This document shows, piece after piece, positions 37,591 to 49,611 of a stretch of DNA of 64,000 nucleotides. Source of the stretch: Escherichia coli. GTDB taxonomy: Bacteria; Pseudomonadota; Gammaproteobacteria; Enterobacterales; Enterobacteriaceae. Under the pieces are notes generated by a model. It searched no databases, was not told the origin of the DNA, and saw only the letters and a list, made by a program, of their open reading frames with translations. How positions within the stretch are numbered: position 1 is the stretch's first letter; the number at the start of each line of letters is the position of its first letter. Location: assembly GCF_003334385.1 (NCBI RefSeq), contig NZ_QOWN01000020.1; one strand, given 5' to 3'. The position numbers and the translations under genes were made by a program.

Positions 37591-37618
37591 AAAGGCAGAT
37601 CTCAGCGATAGCGCCGGC

Positions 37619-39274
37619 TTAGTCAGATTTAATCTGCGCGCGTGGTGGATATTTTTTCAGGATCTCCATATACGCGTGCATTTCGGTCTGTAGCGGTACA
37701 CCCATCGGAATATGGCGCACGCCGATGGAGTCGCTTTCCTGCGGATCGGTGTAGAGGTTAAACACCGACGATCCCGCCGTTTGCATTACTGTGCCGGTGA
37801 ATCCACCCTGATATCCGCTCTGGGTATAAGCGTAAGGTTGCTGAATCAGGACGTGATACTTGAACTCATCCATACGCACAGCAGCGAGTTTACCGTTGAG
37901 GAAGTAGTGCTCGGCCTTACGGTTAGACTGACCATTTGTTCCCAGGAAGAAGGATGTCTGGTCCACACCATCGATAAAGGTGGTTTTCGGCACTAAATTC
38001 GCCACTTTCGCTCCAGGATGCCCTGCCAGATCCAGCGCGGTAGGGAAGAGATCTGCCAGATCGACAATACCGTCAGATTTACGCGGTTGGATCATCCCTT
38101 TCCAGTAAACGAAAGTCGGTACGCGAACGCCGCCTTCCCAGGTCGAACCTTTCGCACCACGGAACGGGGTGCGTCCGTGCGGCGGTACTTCGGCTTCCGG
38201 TCCGTTATCGGAGGTAAAGACGATCAGCGTGTTATCAAGCTGACCGTTTTTCTCCAGTGTTTTATACAGATTAGCGAACACATCGTTCATCTCCACCATG
38301 CAGTCGCCATACGAGGTGCGTGCCGGAGAGCTACCCGCATATTTAGCGTTCGGGTAGTTATCGAAGTGACAGCCGCGAGTGCCGTAATAGAGGAAGAAAG
38401 GCTTATCGCTCTTCGCCATCTTGTCGAGGAACTTAACGCCATATTCCATCCAGCGTTGATCCAGATCTTCCATATATTTCGGCGTAATGTCGGCAATGGC
38501 CTGTTGTTCGCCGCCGCGCACTGCATGAACATCATCTTTGCTGAACGGTAATTGCTTGATGTATTCAGAACGGTCCGGACTCAGGGCCACTTCCGGATTG
38601 ACGTGAACGTCGCGCCATTCGGTGTACATATCAGACACCGAGTTAAAGCCACGGAAATCATCAAAGCCAACGTTCTGCGGCTGCGACTCTTTGTTTTCCC
38701 CCATATGCCATTTCCCGATAGCCTGGGTGACGTAACCTTGGTCGTGCAGCAATTGCGGCAGGGTGGTTAACCCTTGCAGACCTCCCGGTTGCCCGTACAT
38801 TGGCGGCATCAGAATGCCGTGGTGGATGGAGTATTGTCCGGTGAGAATGGTGGCGCGGGTTGGGGAAGAGCTTGGTTGAGAATACGCCGACGTTAAAATC
38901 AGCCCCTGGCTGGCAACTGCATCGATATCTGGTGTAGGGTTACCCACCGCCACGCCGCCACCGTTAAAACCGACGTCCATCCAGCCCACATCGTCCAGCA
39001 GGAAGATAACCACATTGGGCTTCTTACCGGTTTTTTTCTCAAGTTCTGCCAGCTTCTGCTGGGTTTCTTTATCCTGCGCCGGATGCTGCATTACTGGCAT
39101 CATGTTGTCGGCAATAGTGGTCGCCGGTTTAACCAGATACTGGTTTGGGTGATCGTATCCGGCAAAGCCTTTGCGTGCGGTGGCAGTTGACGGGGTATCT
39201 GCTGCGCTGGCCATGAGAGGAAGAGCGGCGGCGACAGCAACAACAAGACGTTTGGGTGAAAACGAAATTTCCAT
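37619..39274 (-). CDS. aslA: Arylsulfatase (periplasmic)
   Basis: 551-aa ORF with signal peptide and sulfatase motif. Confidence 0.9.
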   Translation of the reverse strand: MEISFSPKRLVVAVAAALPLMASAADTPSTATARKGFAGYDHPNQYLVKPATTIADNMMPVMQHPAQDKETQQKLAELEKKTGKKPNVVIFLLDDVGWMDVGFNGGGVAVGNPTPDIDAVASQGLILTSAYSQPSSSPTRATILTGQYSIHHGILMPPMYGQPGGLQGLTTLPQLLHDQGYVTQAIGKWHMGENKESQPQNVGFDDFRGFNSVSDMYTEWRDVHVNPEVALSPDRSEYIKQLPFSKDDVHAVRGGEQQAIADITPKYMEDLDQRWMEYGVKFLDKMAKSDKPFFLYYGTRGCHFDNYPNAKYAGSSPARTSYGDCMVEMNDVFANLYKTLEKNGQLDNTLIVFTSDNGPEAEVPPHGRTPFRGAKGSTWEGGVRVPTFVYWKGMIQPRKSDGIVDLADLFPTALDLAGHPGAKVANLVPKTTFIDGVDQTSFFLGTNGQSNRKAEHYFLNGKLAAVRMDEFKYHVLIQQPYAYTQSGYQGGFTGTVMQTAGSSVFNLYTDPQESDSIGVRHIPMGVPLQTEMHAYMEILKKYPPRAQIKSD

Positions 39275-39698
39275 GCAAAATGCTCCGGTTTCATGTCATC
39301 AAAATGATGACGTAATTAAGCATTGATAATTGAGATCCCTCTCCCTGACAGGATGATTACATAAATAATAGTGACAAAAATAAATTATTTATTTATCCAG
39401 AAAATGAATTGGAAAATCAGGAGAGCGTTTTCAATCCTACCTCTGGCGCAGTTGATATGTAAGGCAGGTTTATTATATCGCGTTGATTATTGATGCTGTT
39501 TTTAGTTTTAACGGCAATTAATATATGTGTTATTAATTGAATGAATTTTATCATTCATAATAAGTATGTGTAGGATCAAGCTCAGGTTAAATATTCACTC
39601 AGGAAGTTATTACTCAGGAAGCAAAGAGGATTACAGAATTATCTCATAACAAGTGTTAAGGGATGTTATTTCCCGATTCTCTGTGGCATAATAAACGA

Positions 39699-39905
39699 GT
39701 AGATGCTCATTCCATCTCTTATGTTCGCCTTAGTGCCTCATAAACTCCGGAATGACGCAGAGCCGTTTACGGTGCTTATCGTCCACTGACAGATGTCGCT
39801 TATGCCTCATCAGACACCATGGACACAACGTTGAGTGAAGCACCCACTTGTTGTCATACAGACCTGTTTTAACGCCTGCTCCGTAATAAGAGCAGGCGTT
39901 TTTTT
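39699..39905 (+). ncRNA. glmZ: Small RNA GlmZ
   Basis: Recognised GTAGATGCTCATTCCATCTCTTATGTTCGCC...; ends in hairpin GCCTGCTCCGTAATAAGAGCAGGCG plus T7. Confidence 0.85.
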
Positions 39906-39952
39906 ATGTGTCAGGAAGGCCCCGGAGGTGCTTGCCCCCGGGTGAGAAGGAA

Positions 39953-41149
39953 CTACTGTGGTGGGTTGTTCTGCAACGTTAACATCAAACCGTCGTGACG
40001 CATCGCTGCAGCTTCTTCCGGCTTGTGCAGTCTGTCCAGCGCGTCGGCAAGCCATGCGTAATCGTAGGCGTCCGGACGTTGTTTCAGCGCTGCGCGGAAG
40101 GCGAGCGATGCTTCCTGCCATTCTCCGTGCTTCATCAGTGACTGGCCCAGTGTGCTCCACAACAGCGGGCGATCGCCGACGTTTTTGATCTGCTGGCGCA
40201 GCACTTTTTCCAGCTGTTCCGGATTGTTGGTTTTCAGTCGAGGAATCGGCAGCAGTAGGCGATCGTCGTACTGGCGTTTCAGGCCATCGATGATAATTTG
40301 CTGGGCAGTATCATGATCGTCACATTCAATAAGATGTTCCGCCATTGCCACCTGCAACGCTACCTGATGACGCGTTTTCCGGCTTTGGTTTTTCCACCAG
40401 TTACGCAAACCTTCACTACCGTTATCGGCACGCGCCTGATCCATCAGGCCAATCCATGCCTGTTGTTCCAGCATTGCACGATGTTCTTCATCACCAACAT
40501 GGGCTTTCGCCATTGATGGGATGATATCCAGCAGAGAACTCCATGCACCTGTGCGGATATACGCCTGTTCCGCCAGACGTAATACTTCCGGATGGCGTGG
40601 CGTAACTTCCAGCAGCTTATCCACGCCGTGGCGTGCAGCATGGTTTTCATTACGGGCCAGTTGCAGACGTACACGGGTGATTTCTACCGGAATGGTGTCA
40701 TTGCCGGCCAGCTCCGCTGCGCGTTCCAGATGTTGGTTGGCGCGCGCTTCATCACCACGTTGTTGCGCGGCTTCGGCAGCCAGTAGATAGTTCACCACCG
40801 GTTGTTCAGCGTGATCGGCATTTTTCGCCATCAGCTTTTCAACTTGCTGATAATCGCCTTCCGCCAGTTTCAGCAGCGCCTGTTCGGTCTGCTTACGTGC
40901 ACGGCGACGCTTACGCCCGACAAACCACCCACGGGTGTGCGCGCCAGTGCGGAAGATCCGCCGCAGTAGCCACTCAATGGCAAACAGCACTACCATCGCC
41001 AGAATCAATATGATCGCCAGGCCCGTGACGCTGGTTTCGATATTGTAGTTGTCGGTCTGGATCAGCACATAACCCTGATGACCGGCAATCATCGGGCCAA
41101 CCACTATCCCCGCAATCAGCAACACAAAGAGTAATAACACTTTTAGCAT
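39953..41149 (-). CDS. hemY: HemY (TPR-containing inner membrane protein)
   Basis: 398-aa ORF with N-terminal TM helices. Confidence 0.9.
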   Translation of the reverse strand: MLKVLLLFVLLIAGIVVGPMIAGHQGYVLIQTDNYNIETSVTGLAIILILAMVVLFAIEWLLRRIFRTGAHTRGWFVGRKRRRARKQTEQALLKLAEGDYQQVEKLMAKNADHAEQPVVNYLLAAEAAQQRGDEARANQHLERAAELAGNDTIPVEITRVRLQLARNENHAARHGVDKLLEVTPRHPEVLRLAEQAYIRTGAWSSLLDIIPSMAKAHVGDEEHRAMLEQQAWIGLMDQARADNGSEGLRNWWKNQSRKTRHQVALQVAMAEHLIECDDHDTAQQIIIDGLKRQYDDRLLLPIPRLKTNNPEQLEKVLRQQIKNVGDRPLLWSTLGQSLMKHGEWQEASLAFRAALKQRPDAYDYAWLADALDRLHKPEEAAAMRHDGLMLTLQNNPPQ

Positions 41150-41151
41150 GG

Positions 41152-42387
41152 TTATTCTCCTTGCGGCGCGGCTGCCGGAGTATCACCTTGCGGTGCAGGT
41201 GCAGGTGCAGGTGCAGGTGCAGGTGCAGGTGCAGGTGCAGGTGCAGGTGCAGGTGCAGGTTTAGCTTCCGTTGTCCCTGCTGCCGGTTGTGCCAGCAGGT
41301 TACGCACGCGAGTCTGCATCAGTTTTTCCAGCATCGCCTGGCTTTGCAGGGTTTCCGGAAGATCCATCGAGATATTTTGCTGGCTTAACTGGTCCACCTC
41401 GTCGAGGAACGCTTTGGTGGTGGCATCATCAGTATCGTAGTAAGCACGTACCCAGGTGGAGACGTTCTCCAGCGCCTGGCGATAAGTCTCTTCCTGGTGA
41501 CGCGGTACAGCTTGTGCTGCGACCAGCAGGCGAGAGCGAATATTTTCGCGCAGATAGATATCCTGATTTGGCGCTAACAGCGGTACGGCGGTGTCATCAC
41601 GACGGCGAATCGTAATGAAGTTGTCCATAAAGTTCTGCCAGCTTTTTTGCAGATTGATACGCCATTCGCTGATGGAACTGGAAAGCTCTTCACCGTCTGA
41701 ATCCATCGGCGAACCATCGCTGTCATTATCGGCCAGACGCAGGTTATCTACCTGATTTGAAAGCTGATTAAGCTTAAGGATGATGCCGTCATAATCCACC
41801 TGCGATACTGCAGAAAGGCTGGCGATATCATCGGTAATTGCCCGACGAACGGTAATCAGACTCGGGTCATTCATATCCGCCAGGCTGGCGTCTGCACTTT
41901 TCAGCAACGCTGCAGCGGTCGTGACGTCCTGATCGCTCCACAGCTTCCGTCCGGCGAGTTTCACCAGAAAATCGGCCTGAGCCAGCAGCCAGGTTTTAGC
42001 ATCGCTGCCGGAAATGGTGGCGACCTTTTGTTGGACCTCATCCAACTGTTTTGCCAGCGTTTCTTGCTGACGATTCGCCTGCTTAAGCTGTGCAGCTTGT
42101 TGCTTAATAATGCCTTCCAGCTCGGCTTTTTGGCTCTCCTGGGCTTTTTGCAATGCCGTCAGTTGGTTAGCCAGGGCATCGCTGGTGGCGGTCTGATTGA
42201 CGGCCTGTTGTTTACCCCAGCCATACAAACCGACGCCCGCCGCCAGAGCAATAGCGATAGCCACCGCGCTGAGAATCAATGCGGTATTGTTCTTACTCTT
42301 TTTTTCTGTTGCGACAGGTTGTGACGTGGTGTCCACGGCCTCCCTGGTCTCTTCAACCACGGCGGAGGTTTTTTCTTGTTCCGTCAT
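41152..42387 (-). CDS. hemX: HemX (membrane-anchored coiled-coil protein) with extended Pro-Ala repeat
   Basis: 411-aa ORF; C-terminal K(PA)11[13 protein letters not shown]. Confidence 0.9.
   Translation of the reverse strand: MTEQEKTSAVVEETREAVDTTSQPVATEKKSKNNTALILSAVAIAIALAAGVGLYGWGKQQAVNQTATSDALANQLTALQKAQESQKAELEGIIKQQAAQLKQANRQQETLAKQLDEVQQKVATISGSDAKTWLLAQADFLVKLAGRKLWSDQDVTTAAALLKSADASLADMNDPSLITVRRAITDDIASLSAVSQVDYDGIILKLNQLSNQVDNLRLADNDSDGSPMDSDGEELSSSISEWRINLQKSWQNFMDNFITIRRRDDTAVPLLAPNQDIYLRENIRSRLLVAAQAVPRHQEETYRQALENVSTWVRAYYDTDDATTKAFLDEVDQLSQQNISMDLPETLQSQAMLEKLMQTRVRNLLAQPAAGTTEAKPAPAPAPAPAPAPAPAPAPAPAPQGDTPAAAPQGE
41194..41259 (-). repeat. Perfect hexanucleotide tandem repeat (CCTGCA)x11 within hemX
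   Basis: Eleven uninterrupted copies read directly; in frame, encoding (Pro-Ala)11. Confidence 0.95.
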
Positions 42388-42408
42388 TATGGCTTCCTGT
42401 TATGAGAG

Positions 42409-43149
42409 TTATTGTAATGCCCGTAAAAGCGCATCGTTGTCAGCGTTATCGGCGACCTTAATGTCTTGCCAGCCCAGTTCCCGGGCGAGTTTCGCCAAAC
42501 GCTCACTGACGACCAATAGTCGACAGTGTAGTAACCAGTGCTCACGATACCATTGTGGGATCAGCGACCAGAGTTGCTGCAACATTTCACCGCTGGTAAC
42601 AACGACCGTCGTCACCTCGCGGGATTGCCAGCGCATCGCTTCTTCTGCACCATCGTAATGGATTGCGCATCGTTGATAACATTCACAAAAAGTGACCTCA
42701 GCACCGCGCGCCGTCAGGGTATCCCCAATTAGCTCACGACCACCATTGCCACGTAATATCAGCGCACGTTTGCCCGCAATATTTTGTAATTCAGGTAATT
42801 GTAGCAAGACTTCGCTGATTTCCCGATCCTGCGGGTAGAGAATCTTCTGTCCGCTTACGGTATGTAGTGCCAGTGCGGTGGTGCGTCCAATGGCGAAATA
42901 ATCAGGTAGTCGGGGCCATTTACGATCTTGCTGATGCAGCTGTGATTGGGCAAAAGCAACCGCGTGTTGCGAGAGGGCAAACAACAGATCGCTCTCCCCC
43001 AGCGCTGCCAGTTGATCAGCAAGTTGCGGTAATTGTTGACCCGGAGAAAACTCAATCAGCGGAAAATGCCAGGCCACCTGCCCCAGTGTGCGCAGACGGC
43101 TCACTAACTCTTCTCCAGCGGGAGACGGGCGGGTGACAAGGATACTCAT
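42409..43149 (-). CDS. hemD: Uroporphyrinogen-III synthase
   Basis: 246-aa ORF; 4-nt overlap with hemC stop. Confidence 0.9.
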   Translation of the reverse strand: MSILVTRPSPAGEELVSRLRTLGQVAWHFPLIEFSPGQQLPQLADQLAALGESDLLFALSQHAVAFAQSQLHQQDRKWPRLPDYFAIGRTTALALHTVSGQKILYPQDREISEVLLQLPELQNIAGKRALILRGNGGRELIGDTLTARGAEVTFCECYQRCAIHYDGAEEAMRWQSREVTTVVVTSGEMLQQLWSLIPQWYREHWLLHCRLLVVSERLAKLARELGWQDIKVADNADNDALLRALQ

Positions 43150-44087
43150 GCCGGGGCGTCTCCGTTATAGACTTCAGCGAGGATCTCGCGCGCGCCGTTA
43201 TTCAGTAGCTCTTCTGCCAGCGAAATCCCCATTTGTTCGGCATCTTGCGGCGCACCGCGGCGTTCACCGCGAATAATCTGCGAACCGTCCGGCGCGCCGA
43301 CCAGCGCACGCAGCCAGATTTCGCCATCAATAAGCTCGGCGTAGCTACCAATTGGCACCTGACATCCGCCTTCGAGACGGGTATTCATGGCGCGTTCTGC
43401 GGTAACGCGCAGTGCAGTTTCGTGGTGATTCAGCGCGGCAAGCAGCTCGCGAGTGCGTGAATCATCAAGGCGGCATTCAATACCCACCGCACCTTGTCCT
43501 ACCGCCGGAAGAGAAATCTCGGGTGGCAACGCGGCGCGAATACGTGACTCCAGACCTAAACGTTTTAGTCCGGCTACGGCAAGAATGATGGCATCGTATT
43601 CGCCGTTATCCAGTTTGCTCAGGCGAGTGCCGACGTTGCCGCGCAGGGAGCGGATAATCAGATCCGGACGGCGTTCAGCCAGTTGGCACTGGCGACGTAA
43701 ACTGGACGTCCCGACGATACTGCCTGCCGGTAACGCATCCAGACTGTCATAGTTATTGGACACAAAGGCATCGCGAGGATCTTCACGCTCACAAATAGTG
43801 ACCAGTCCCAGACCTTGCGGGAATTCAACCGGCACATCTTTCATTGAGTGTACGGCGATATCGGCGCGATTTTCGAGGAGCGCGACTTCCAGCTCTTTTA
43901 CAAATAAGCCTTTTCCGCCTACTTTCGCCAGCGGCGTATCAAGAATCACATCGCCGCGCGTCACCATCGGTACCAGTTCAACGACCAGGCCCGGATGGCT
44001 CGCCATCAACTTGTCTTTGACATAGTGTGCCTGCCAGAGTGCAAGTGGGCTTTGGCGTGTGGCAATTCTTAAAACATTGTCTAACAT
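43146..44087 (-). CDS. hemC: Porphobilinogen deaminase (hydroxymethylbilane synthase)
   Basis: ORF track extends to 44108; trimmed to [20 protein letters not shown], 313 aa. Confidence 0.9.
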
Positions 44088-44473
44088 GCTTGTTACCGTC
44101 ATTATCATCCGTGGTCCATCCTAACATCCTTGCCAGAGTGATGTCAGTGTTGTGGTGAAACGTAGACGCCTGCGCAAACCGTAAAATGAGGTCTGGCAGT
44201 GGATCCTGACAGGCGTTTCACGCCGTTGTAATAAGGAATTTACAGAGAATAAACGGTGCTACACTTGTATGTAGCGCATCTTTCTTTACGGTCAATCAGC
44301 AAGGTGTTAAATTGATCACGTTTTAGACCATTTTTTCGTCGTGAAACTAAAAAAACCAGGCGCGAAAAGTGGTAACGGTTACCTTTGACATACGAAATAT
44401 CCCGAATGCCGCGTGTTACCGTTGATGTTGGCGGAATCACAGTCATGACGGGTAGCAAATCAGGCGATACGTC

Positions 44474-47020
44474 TTGTACCTCTATATTGAGACTCTGAAA
44501 CAGAGACTGGATGCCATAAATCAATTGCGTGTGGATCGCGCGCTTGCTGCTATGGGGCCTGCATTCCAACAGGTCTACAGTCTACTGCCGACATTGTTGC
44601 ACTATCACCATCCGCTAATGCCGGGTTACCTTGATGGTAACGTTCCCAAAGGCATTTGCCTTTACACGCCTGATGAAACTCAACGCCACTACCTGAACGA
44701 GCTTGAACTGTATCGTGGAATGTCAGTACAGGATCCGCCGAAAGGTGAGCTTCCAATTACTGGTGTATACACCATGGGCAGCACCTCGTCCGTAGGGCAA
44801 AGTTGTTCCTCTGACCTGGATATCTGGGTCTGTCATCAATCCTGGCTCGATAGCGAAGAGCGCCAATTGCTACAACGTAAATGTAGCCTGCTGGAAAACT
44901 GGGCCGCCTCGCTGGGTGTGGAAGTCAGCTTCTTCCTGATTGATGAAAACCGCTTCCGTCATAATGAAAGCGGCAGCCTGGGGGGCGAAGATTGTGGCTC
45001 CACCCAGCATATACTGCTGCTTGACGAATTTTATCGTACCGCCGTGCGTCTCGCCGGTAAGCGTATTCTGTGGAATATGGTGCCGTGCGACGAAGAAGAG
45101 CATTACGACGACTATGTGATGACGCTTTACGCGCAGGGCGTGCTGACGCCAAATGAATGGCTGGATCTCGGTGGCTTAAGCTCGCTTTCTGCTGAAGAGT
45201 ACTTTGGTGCCAGCCTTTGGCAGCTCTACAAGAGTATCGATTCCCCATACAAAGCGGTACTGAAAACACTGCTGCTGGAAGCCTATTCCTGGGAATACCC
45301 GAACCCACGTCTGCTGGCGAAAGATATCAAACAGCGTTTGCACGACGGCGAGATTGTATCGTTTGGTCTCGATCCATACTGCATGATGCTGGAGCGTGTT
45401 ACTGAATACCTGACGGCGATTGAAGATTTTACCCGTCTGGATTTAGTACGTCGCTGCTTCTATTTAAAAGTGTGCGAAAAGCTCAGCCGTGAACGCGCCT
45501 GCGTAGGCTGGCGTCGCGCAGTGTTGAGCCAGTTAGTGAGCGAGTGGGGTTGGGACGAAGCTCGTCTGGCAATGCTCGATAACCGCGCTAACTGGAAGAT
45601 TGATCAGGTGCGTGAGGCGCACAACGAGTTGCTCGACGCGATGATGCAGAGCTACCGTAATCTGATCCGCTTTGCGCGTCGCAATAACCTTAGCGTCTCC
45701 GCCAGTCCGCAGGATATCGGCGTGCTGACGCGTAAGCTGTATGCCGCGTTTGAAGCATTACCAGGTAAAGTGACGCTGGTAAACCCGCAGATTTCACCCG
45801 ATCTCTCGGAACCGAATCTGACCTTTATTTATGTGCCGCCGGGCCGGGCTAACCGTTCAGGTTGGTATCTGTATAACCGCGCGCCAAATATTGAGTCGAT
45901 CATCAGCCATCAGCCGCTGGAATATAACCGTTACCTGAATAAACTGGTGGCGTGGGCATGGTTTAACGGCCTGCTGACCTCGCGCACCCGTTTGTATATT
46001 AAAGGTAACGGCATTGTCGATTTGCCTAAGTTGCAGGAGATGGTCGCCGACGTGTCGCACCATTTCCCGCTGCGCTTACCTGCACCGACACCGAAGGCGC
46101 TCTACAGCCCGTGTGAGATCCGCCATCTGGCGATTATCGTTAACCTGGAATATGACCCGACAGCGGCGTTCCGCAATCAGGTGGTGCATTTCGATTTCCG
46201 TAAGCTGGATGTCTTCAGCTTTGGCGAGAATCAAAATTGCCTGGTAGGTAGCGTTGACCTGCTGTACCGCAACTCGTGGAACGAAGTGCGTACGCTGCAC
46301 TTCAACGGCGAGCAATCGATGATCGAAGCCCTGAAAACTATTCTCGGCAAAATGCATCAGGACGCCGCACCGCCAGATAGCGTGGAAGTCTTCTGTTATA
46401 GCCAGCATCTGCGCGGCTTAATTCGTACTCGCGTGCAGCAACTGGTTTCTGAGTGTATTGAATTGCGTCTTTCCAGCACCCGCCAGGAAACCGGGCGTTT
46501 CAAGGCGCTGCGCGTTTCTGGTCAAACCTGGGGGTTGTTCTTCGAACGCCTGAATGTATCGGTACAGAAACTGGAAAACGCCATCGAGTTTTATGGCGCG
46601 ATTTCGCATAACAAACTGCACGGCCTGTCAGTGCAGGTTGAAACCAATCACGTCAAATTACCGGCGGTGGTGGACGGCTTTGCCAGCGAAGGGATCATCC
46701 AGTTCTTTTTCGAAGAAACGCAAGACGAGAATGGCTTTAATATCTACATTCTCGACGAAAGCAACCGGGTTGAGGTATATCACCACTGCGAAGGCAGCAA
46801 AGAGGAGCTGGTACGTGACGTCAGTCGCTTCTACTCGTCATCGCATGACCGTTTTACCTACGGCTCAAGCTTCATCAACTTCAACCTGCCGCAGTTCTAT
46901 CAGATTGTGAAGGTTGATGGTCGTGAACAGGTGATTCCGTTCCGCACAAAATCTATCGGTAACATGCCGCCTGCCAATCAGGATCACGATACGCCGCTAT
47001 TACAGCAATATTTTTCGTGA
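44474..47020 (+). CDS. cyaA: Adenylate cyclase (class I), TTG start
   Basis: 848-aa ORF beginning with TTG at 44474 ([19 protein letters not shown]). Confidence 0.95.
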   Translation: MYLYIETLKQRLDAINQLRVDRALAAMGPAFQQVYSLLPTLLHYHHPLMPGYLDGNVPKGICLYTPDETQRHYLNELELYRGMSVQDPPKGELPITGVYTMGSTSSVGQSCSSDLDIWVCHQSWLDSEERQLLQRKCSLLENWAASLGVEVSFFLIDENRFRHNESGSLGGEDCGSTQHILLLDEFYRTAVRLAGKRILWNMVPCDEEEHYDDYVMTLYAQGVLTPNEWLDLGGLSSLSAEEYFGASLWQLYKSIDSPYKAVLKTLLLEAYSWEYPNPRLLAKDIKQRLHDGEIVSFGLDPYCMMLERVTEYLTAIEDFTRLDLVRRCFYLKVCEKLSRERACVGWRRAVLSQLVSEWGWDEARLAMLDNRANWKIDQVREAHNELLDAMMQSYRNLIRFARRNNLSVSASPQDIGVLTRKLYAAFEALPGKVTLVNPQISPDLSEPNLTFIYVPPGRANRSGWYLYNRAPNIESIISHQPLEYNRYLNKLVAWAWFNGLLTSRTRLYIKGNGIVDLPKLQEMVADVSHHFPLRLPAPTPKALYSPCEIRHLAIIVNLEYDPTAAFRNQVVHFDFRKLDVFSFGENQNCLVGSVDLLYRNSWNEVRTLHFNGEQSMIEALKTILGKMHQDAAPPDSVEVFCYSQHLRGLIRTRVQQLVSECIELRLSSTRQETGRFKALRVSGQTWGLFFERLNVSVQKLENAIEFYGAISHNKLHGLSVQVETNHVKLPAVVDGFASEGIIQFFFEETQDENGFNIYILDESNRVEVYHHCEGSKEELVRDVSRFYSSSHDRFTYGSSFINFNLPQFYQIVKVDGREQVIPFRTKSIGNMPPANQDHDTPLLQQYFS

Positions 47021-47059
47021 TGAACGTGCCGGAAAGCGAGGCTTATCCGGCATGCAATC

Positions 47060-47380
47060 TTAGCGGAAACTGACTGTTTCACCCGCCTGCTGCGTCGCCG
47101 CCTGTTCCAGCAAATCCCAGAAGGTTTCGCCGCTGCGATCACAAATCCACTCATCGCCTTTCAGGTCAAAATGGTAGCCGCCCTGTTTGGTTGCCAGCCA
47201 TACCTGGTGCAGCGGCTCCTGGCGGTTGATAATGATTTTGCTGCCATTCTCAAAGGTAATGGTCAGTACGCCGCCGTTGATTTCGCAGTCGATATCGCTG
47301 TCGCCATCCCAGTCGTCCAGGCGTTCTTCAATGGTCAGCCAGAGTTGATCAGCCAGGCGATGAAATTCACTGTCGTTCAT
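47060..47380 (-). CDS. cyaY: Frataxin homologue CyaY
   Basis: 106-aa acidic ORF. Confidence 0.9.
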
Positions 47381-47842
47381 TGTTGTATCCTGTTTTTAAG
47401 TGATGGCGGCAGTATAGCGGCATGGGGTCAGGGCTTCAAAGTTTGCACCTCTGCGGCTGCGTTCCGGCACGATTCATCCGTCACCGGAATAATGATGTCT
47501 CTGTGTAGCGAAAGATTTGTCTCTTCATTAGGGCGCAGTTACACCACGTCTTTCCCTGTTTCTGGTAAACATTATGATCAGGTTTACCGAGCGAGCATCC
47601 TCACGCTGACGGAACTAAAAAAGACAACAAACAAACCACATTGCGATAGTGCATAAAGCCATCCTGGCGCGAGGTGCCGATCACGAAACTACCAGCAAAA
47701 CATAAATCCCCACGAGTAAGCGTTATACTCGCAGCATTTCCTCACTTTTCAGACTTCATAAAGAGTCGCTAAACGCTTGCTTTTACGTCTTCTCCTGCGA
47801 TGATAGAAAGCAGAAAGCGATGAACTTTACAGGCAATCCATA

Positions 47843-48046
47843 ATGAAAAACGTGTTTAAGGCACTCACTGTATTACTTACTCTCTTCAGCCTGACGGGCT
47901 GCGGTCTGAAAGGTCCGCTCTATTTCCCGCCTGCAGATAAAAACGCACCGCCGCCGACCAAACCGGTAGAGACGCAAACGCAATCCACGGTGCCGGATAA
48001 AAACGATCGCGCCACTGGCGATGGTCCATCCCAGGTGAATTACTAA
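47843..48046 (+). CDS. lptM: Small lipoprotein LptM (YifL)
   Basis: 67-aa ORF with lipobox LTGC after signal peptide; Pro-rich tail. Confidence 0.85.
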   Translation: MKNVFKALTVLLTLFSLTGCGLKGPLYFPPADKNAPPPTKPVETQTQSTVPDKNDRATGDGPSQVNY

Positions 48047-48082
48047 AAGTCAGTTTCTGTACCCGCGTGATTGGAGTAAATG

Positions 48083-48907
48083 ATGCAGTTCTCGAAAATG
48101 CATGGCCTTGGCAACGATTTTATGGTCGTCGACGCGGTAACGCAGAATGTCTTTTTTTCACCGGAGCTGATTCGTCGCCTGGCTGATCGGCACCTGGGGG
48201 TAGGGTTTGACCAACTGCTGGTGGTTGAGCCGCCGTATGATCCTGAACTGGATTTTCACTATCGCATTTTCAATGCTGATGGCAGTGAAGTGGCGCAGTG
48301 CGGCAACGGTGCGCGCTGCTTTGCCCGTTTTGTGCGTCTGAAAGGACTGACCAATAAGCGTGATATCCGCGTCAGCACCGCCAACGGGCGGATGGTTCTG
48401 ACCGTCACCGATGATGATCTGGTCCGCGTAAATATGGGCGAACCCAACTTCGAACCTTCCGCCGTGCCGTTTCGCGCTAACAAAGCGGAAAAGACCTATA
48501 TTATGCGCGCCGCCGAGCAGACAATCTTATGCGGCGTGGTGTCGATGGGAAATCCGCATTGCGTGATTCAGGTCGATGATGTCGATACCGCGGCGGTAGA
48601 AACGCTTGGTCCTGTTCTGGAAAGCCACGAGCGTTTTCCGGAGCGCGCCAATATCGGTTTTATGCAAGTGGTTAAGCGCGAGCATATTCGTTTACGCGTT
48701 TATGAGCGTGGGGCAGGAGAAACCCAGGCCTGCGGCAGCGGCGCGTGTGCGGCGGTTGCAGTAGGGATTCAGCAAGGTTTGCTGGCCGAAGAAGTACGCG
48801 TGGAACTCCCCGGCGGTCGTCTTGATATCGCCTGGAAAGGTCCGGGTCACCCGTTATATATGACTGGCCCGGCGGTACATGTCTACGACGGATTTATTCA
48901 TCTATGA
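48083..48907 (+). CDS. dapF: Diaminopimelate epimerase
   Basis: 274 aa from second ATG ([17 protein letters not shown]). Confidence 0.95.
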
Positions 48908-49611
48908 AGCAACCAGGGGAAGAACTGCAGGAAACACTCACGGAGCTTGATGACCGGGCGGTTGTCGATTATCTGATTAAAAATCCTGAGTTTTTTATCC
49001 GTAATGCGCGCGCAGTAGAAGCGATACGTGTGCCGCATCCGGTACGCGGCACCGTTTCGTTGGTCGAGTGGCACATGGCCCGCGCACGTAATCATATTCA
49101 TGTTCTGGAAGAGAACATGGCGCTGTTGATGGAACAGGCTATCGCCAACGAAGGCCTGTTTTATCGCCTACTCTACCTGCAGCGCAGTCTCACCGCCGCC
49201 AGCAGTCTCGACGATATGCTGATGCGCTTTCACCGCTGGGCGCGCGATCTCGGCCTGGCAGGTGCGAGTCTGCGCCTGTTTCCGGATCGCTGGCGCTTAG
49301 GTGCGCCGTCGAACCACACTCATCTGGCATTAAGCCGTCAGTCTTTCGAACCGCTGCGTATTCAGCGTTTGGGGCAGGAACAGCACTATCTTGGGCCGCT
49401 TAACGGACCAGAGCTGCTGGTGGTGCTACCGGAAGCGAAAGCGGTGGGATCGGTGGCGATGTCGATGCTGGGAAGCGATGCTGATTTGGGTGTCGTGCTG
49501 TTTACCAGTCGCGATGCCAGTCACTATCAACAAGGGCAAGGAACGCAGTTACTTCATGAAATTGCGCTGATGTTGCCGGAGCTTCTGGAGCGTTGGATTG
49601 AACGCGTATGA
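48904..49611 (+). CDS. yigA: DUF484-family protein YigA
   Basis: 235-aa ORF; ATGA overlaps with dapF and xerC. Confidence 0.85.

Noticed and set aside
41192-41260. Tandem repeat considered as a possible CRISPR array or minisatellite
   Set aside because: Unit is only 6 nt with no spacers and sits in frame inside hemX; it is a coding repeat, not a CRISPR.
47171-47656. 161-codon plus-strand ORF overlapping cyaY antisense and the cyaY-lptM intergenic region
   Set aside because: Mostly antisense to cyaY, no recognisable domain, no ribosome-binding site; the region is better explained as divergent promoter DNA.
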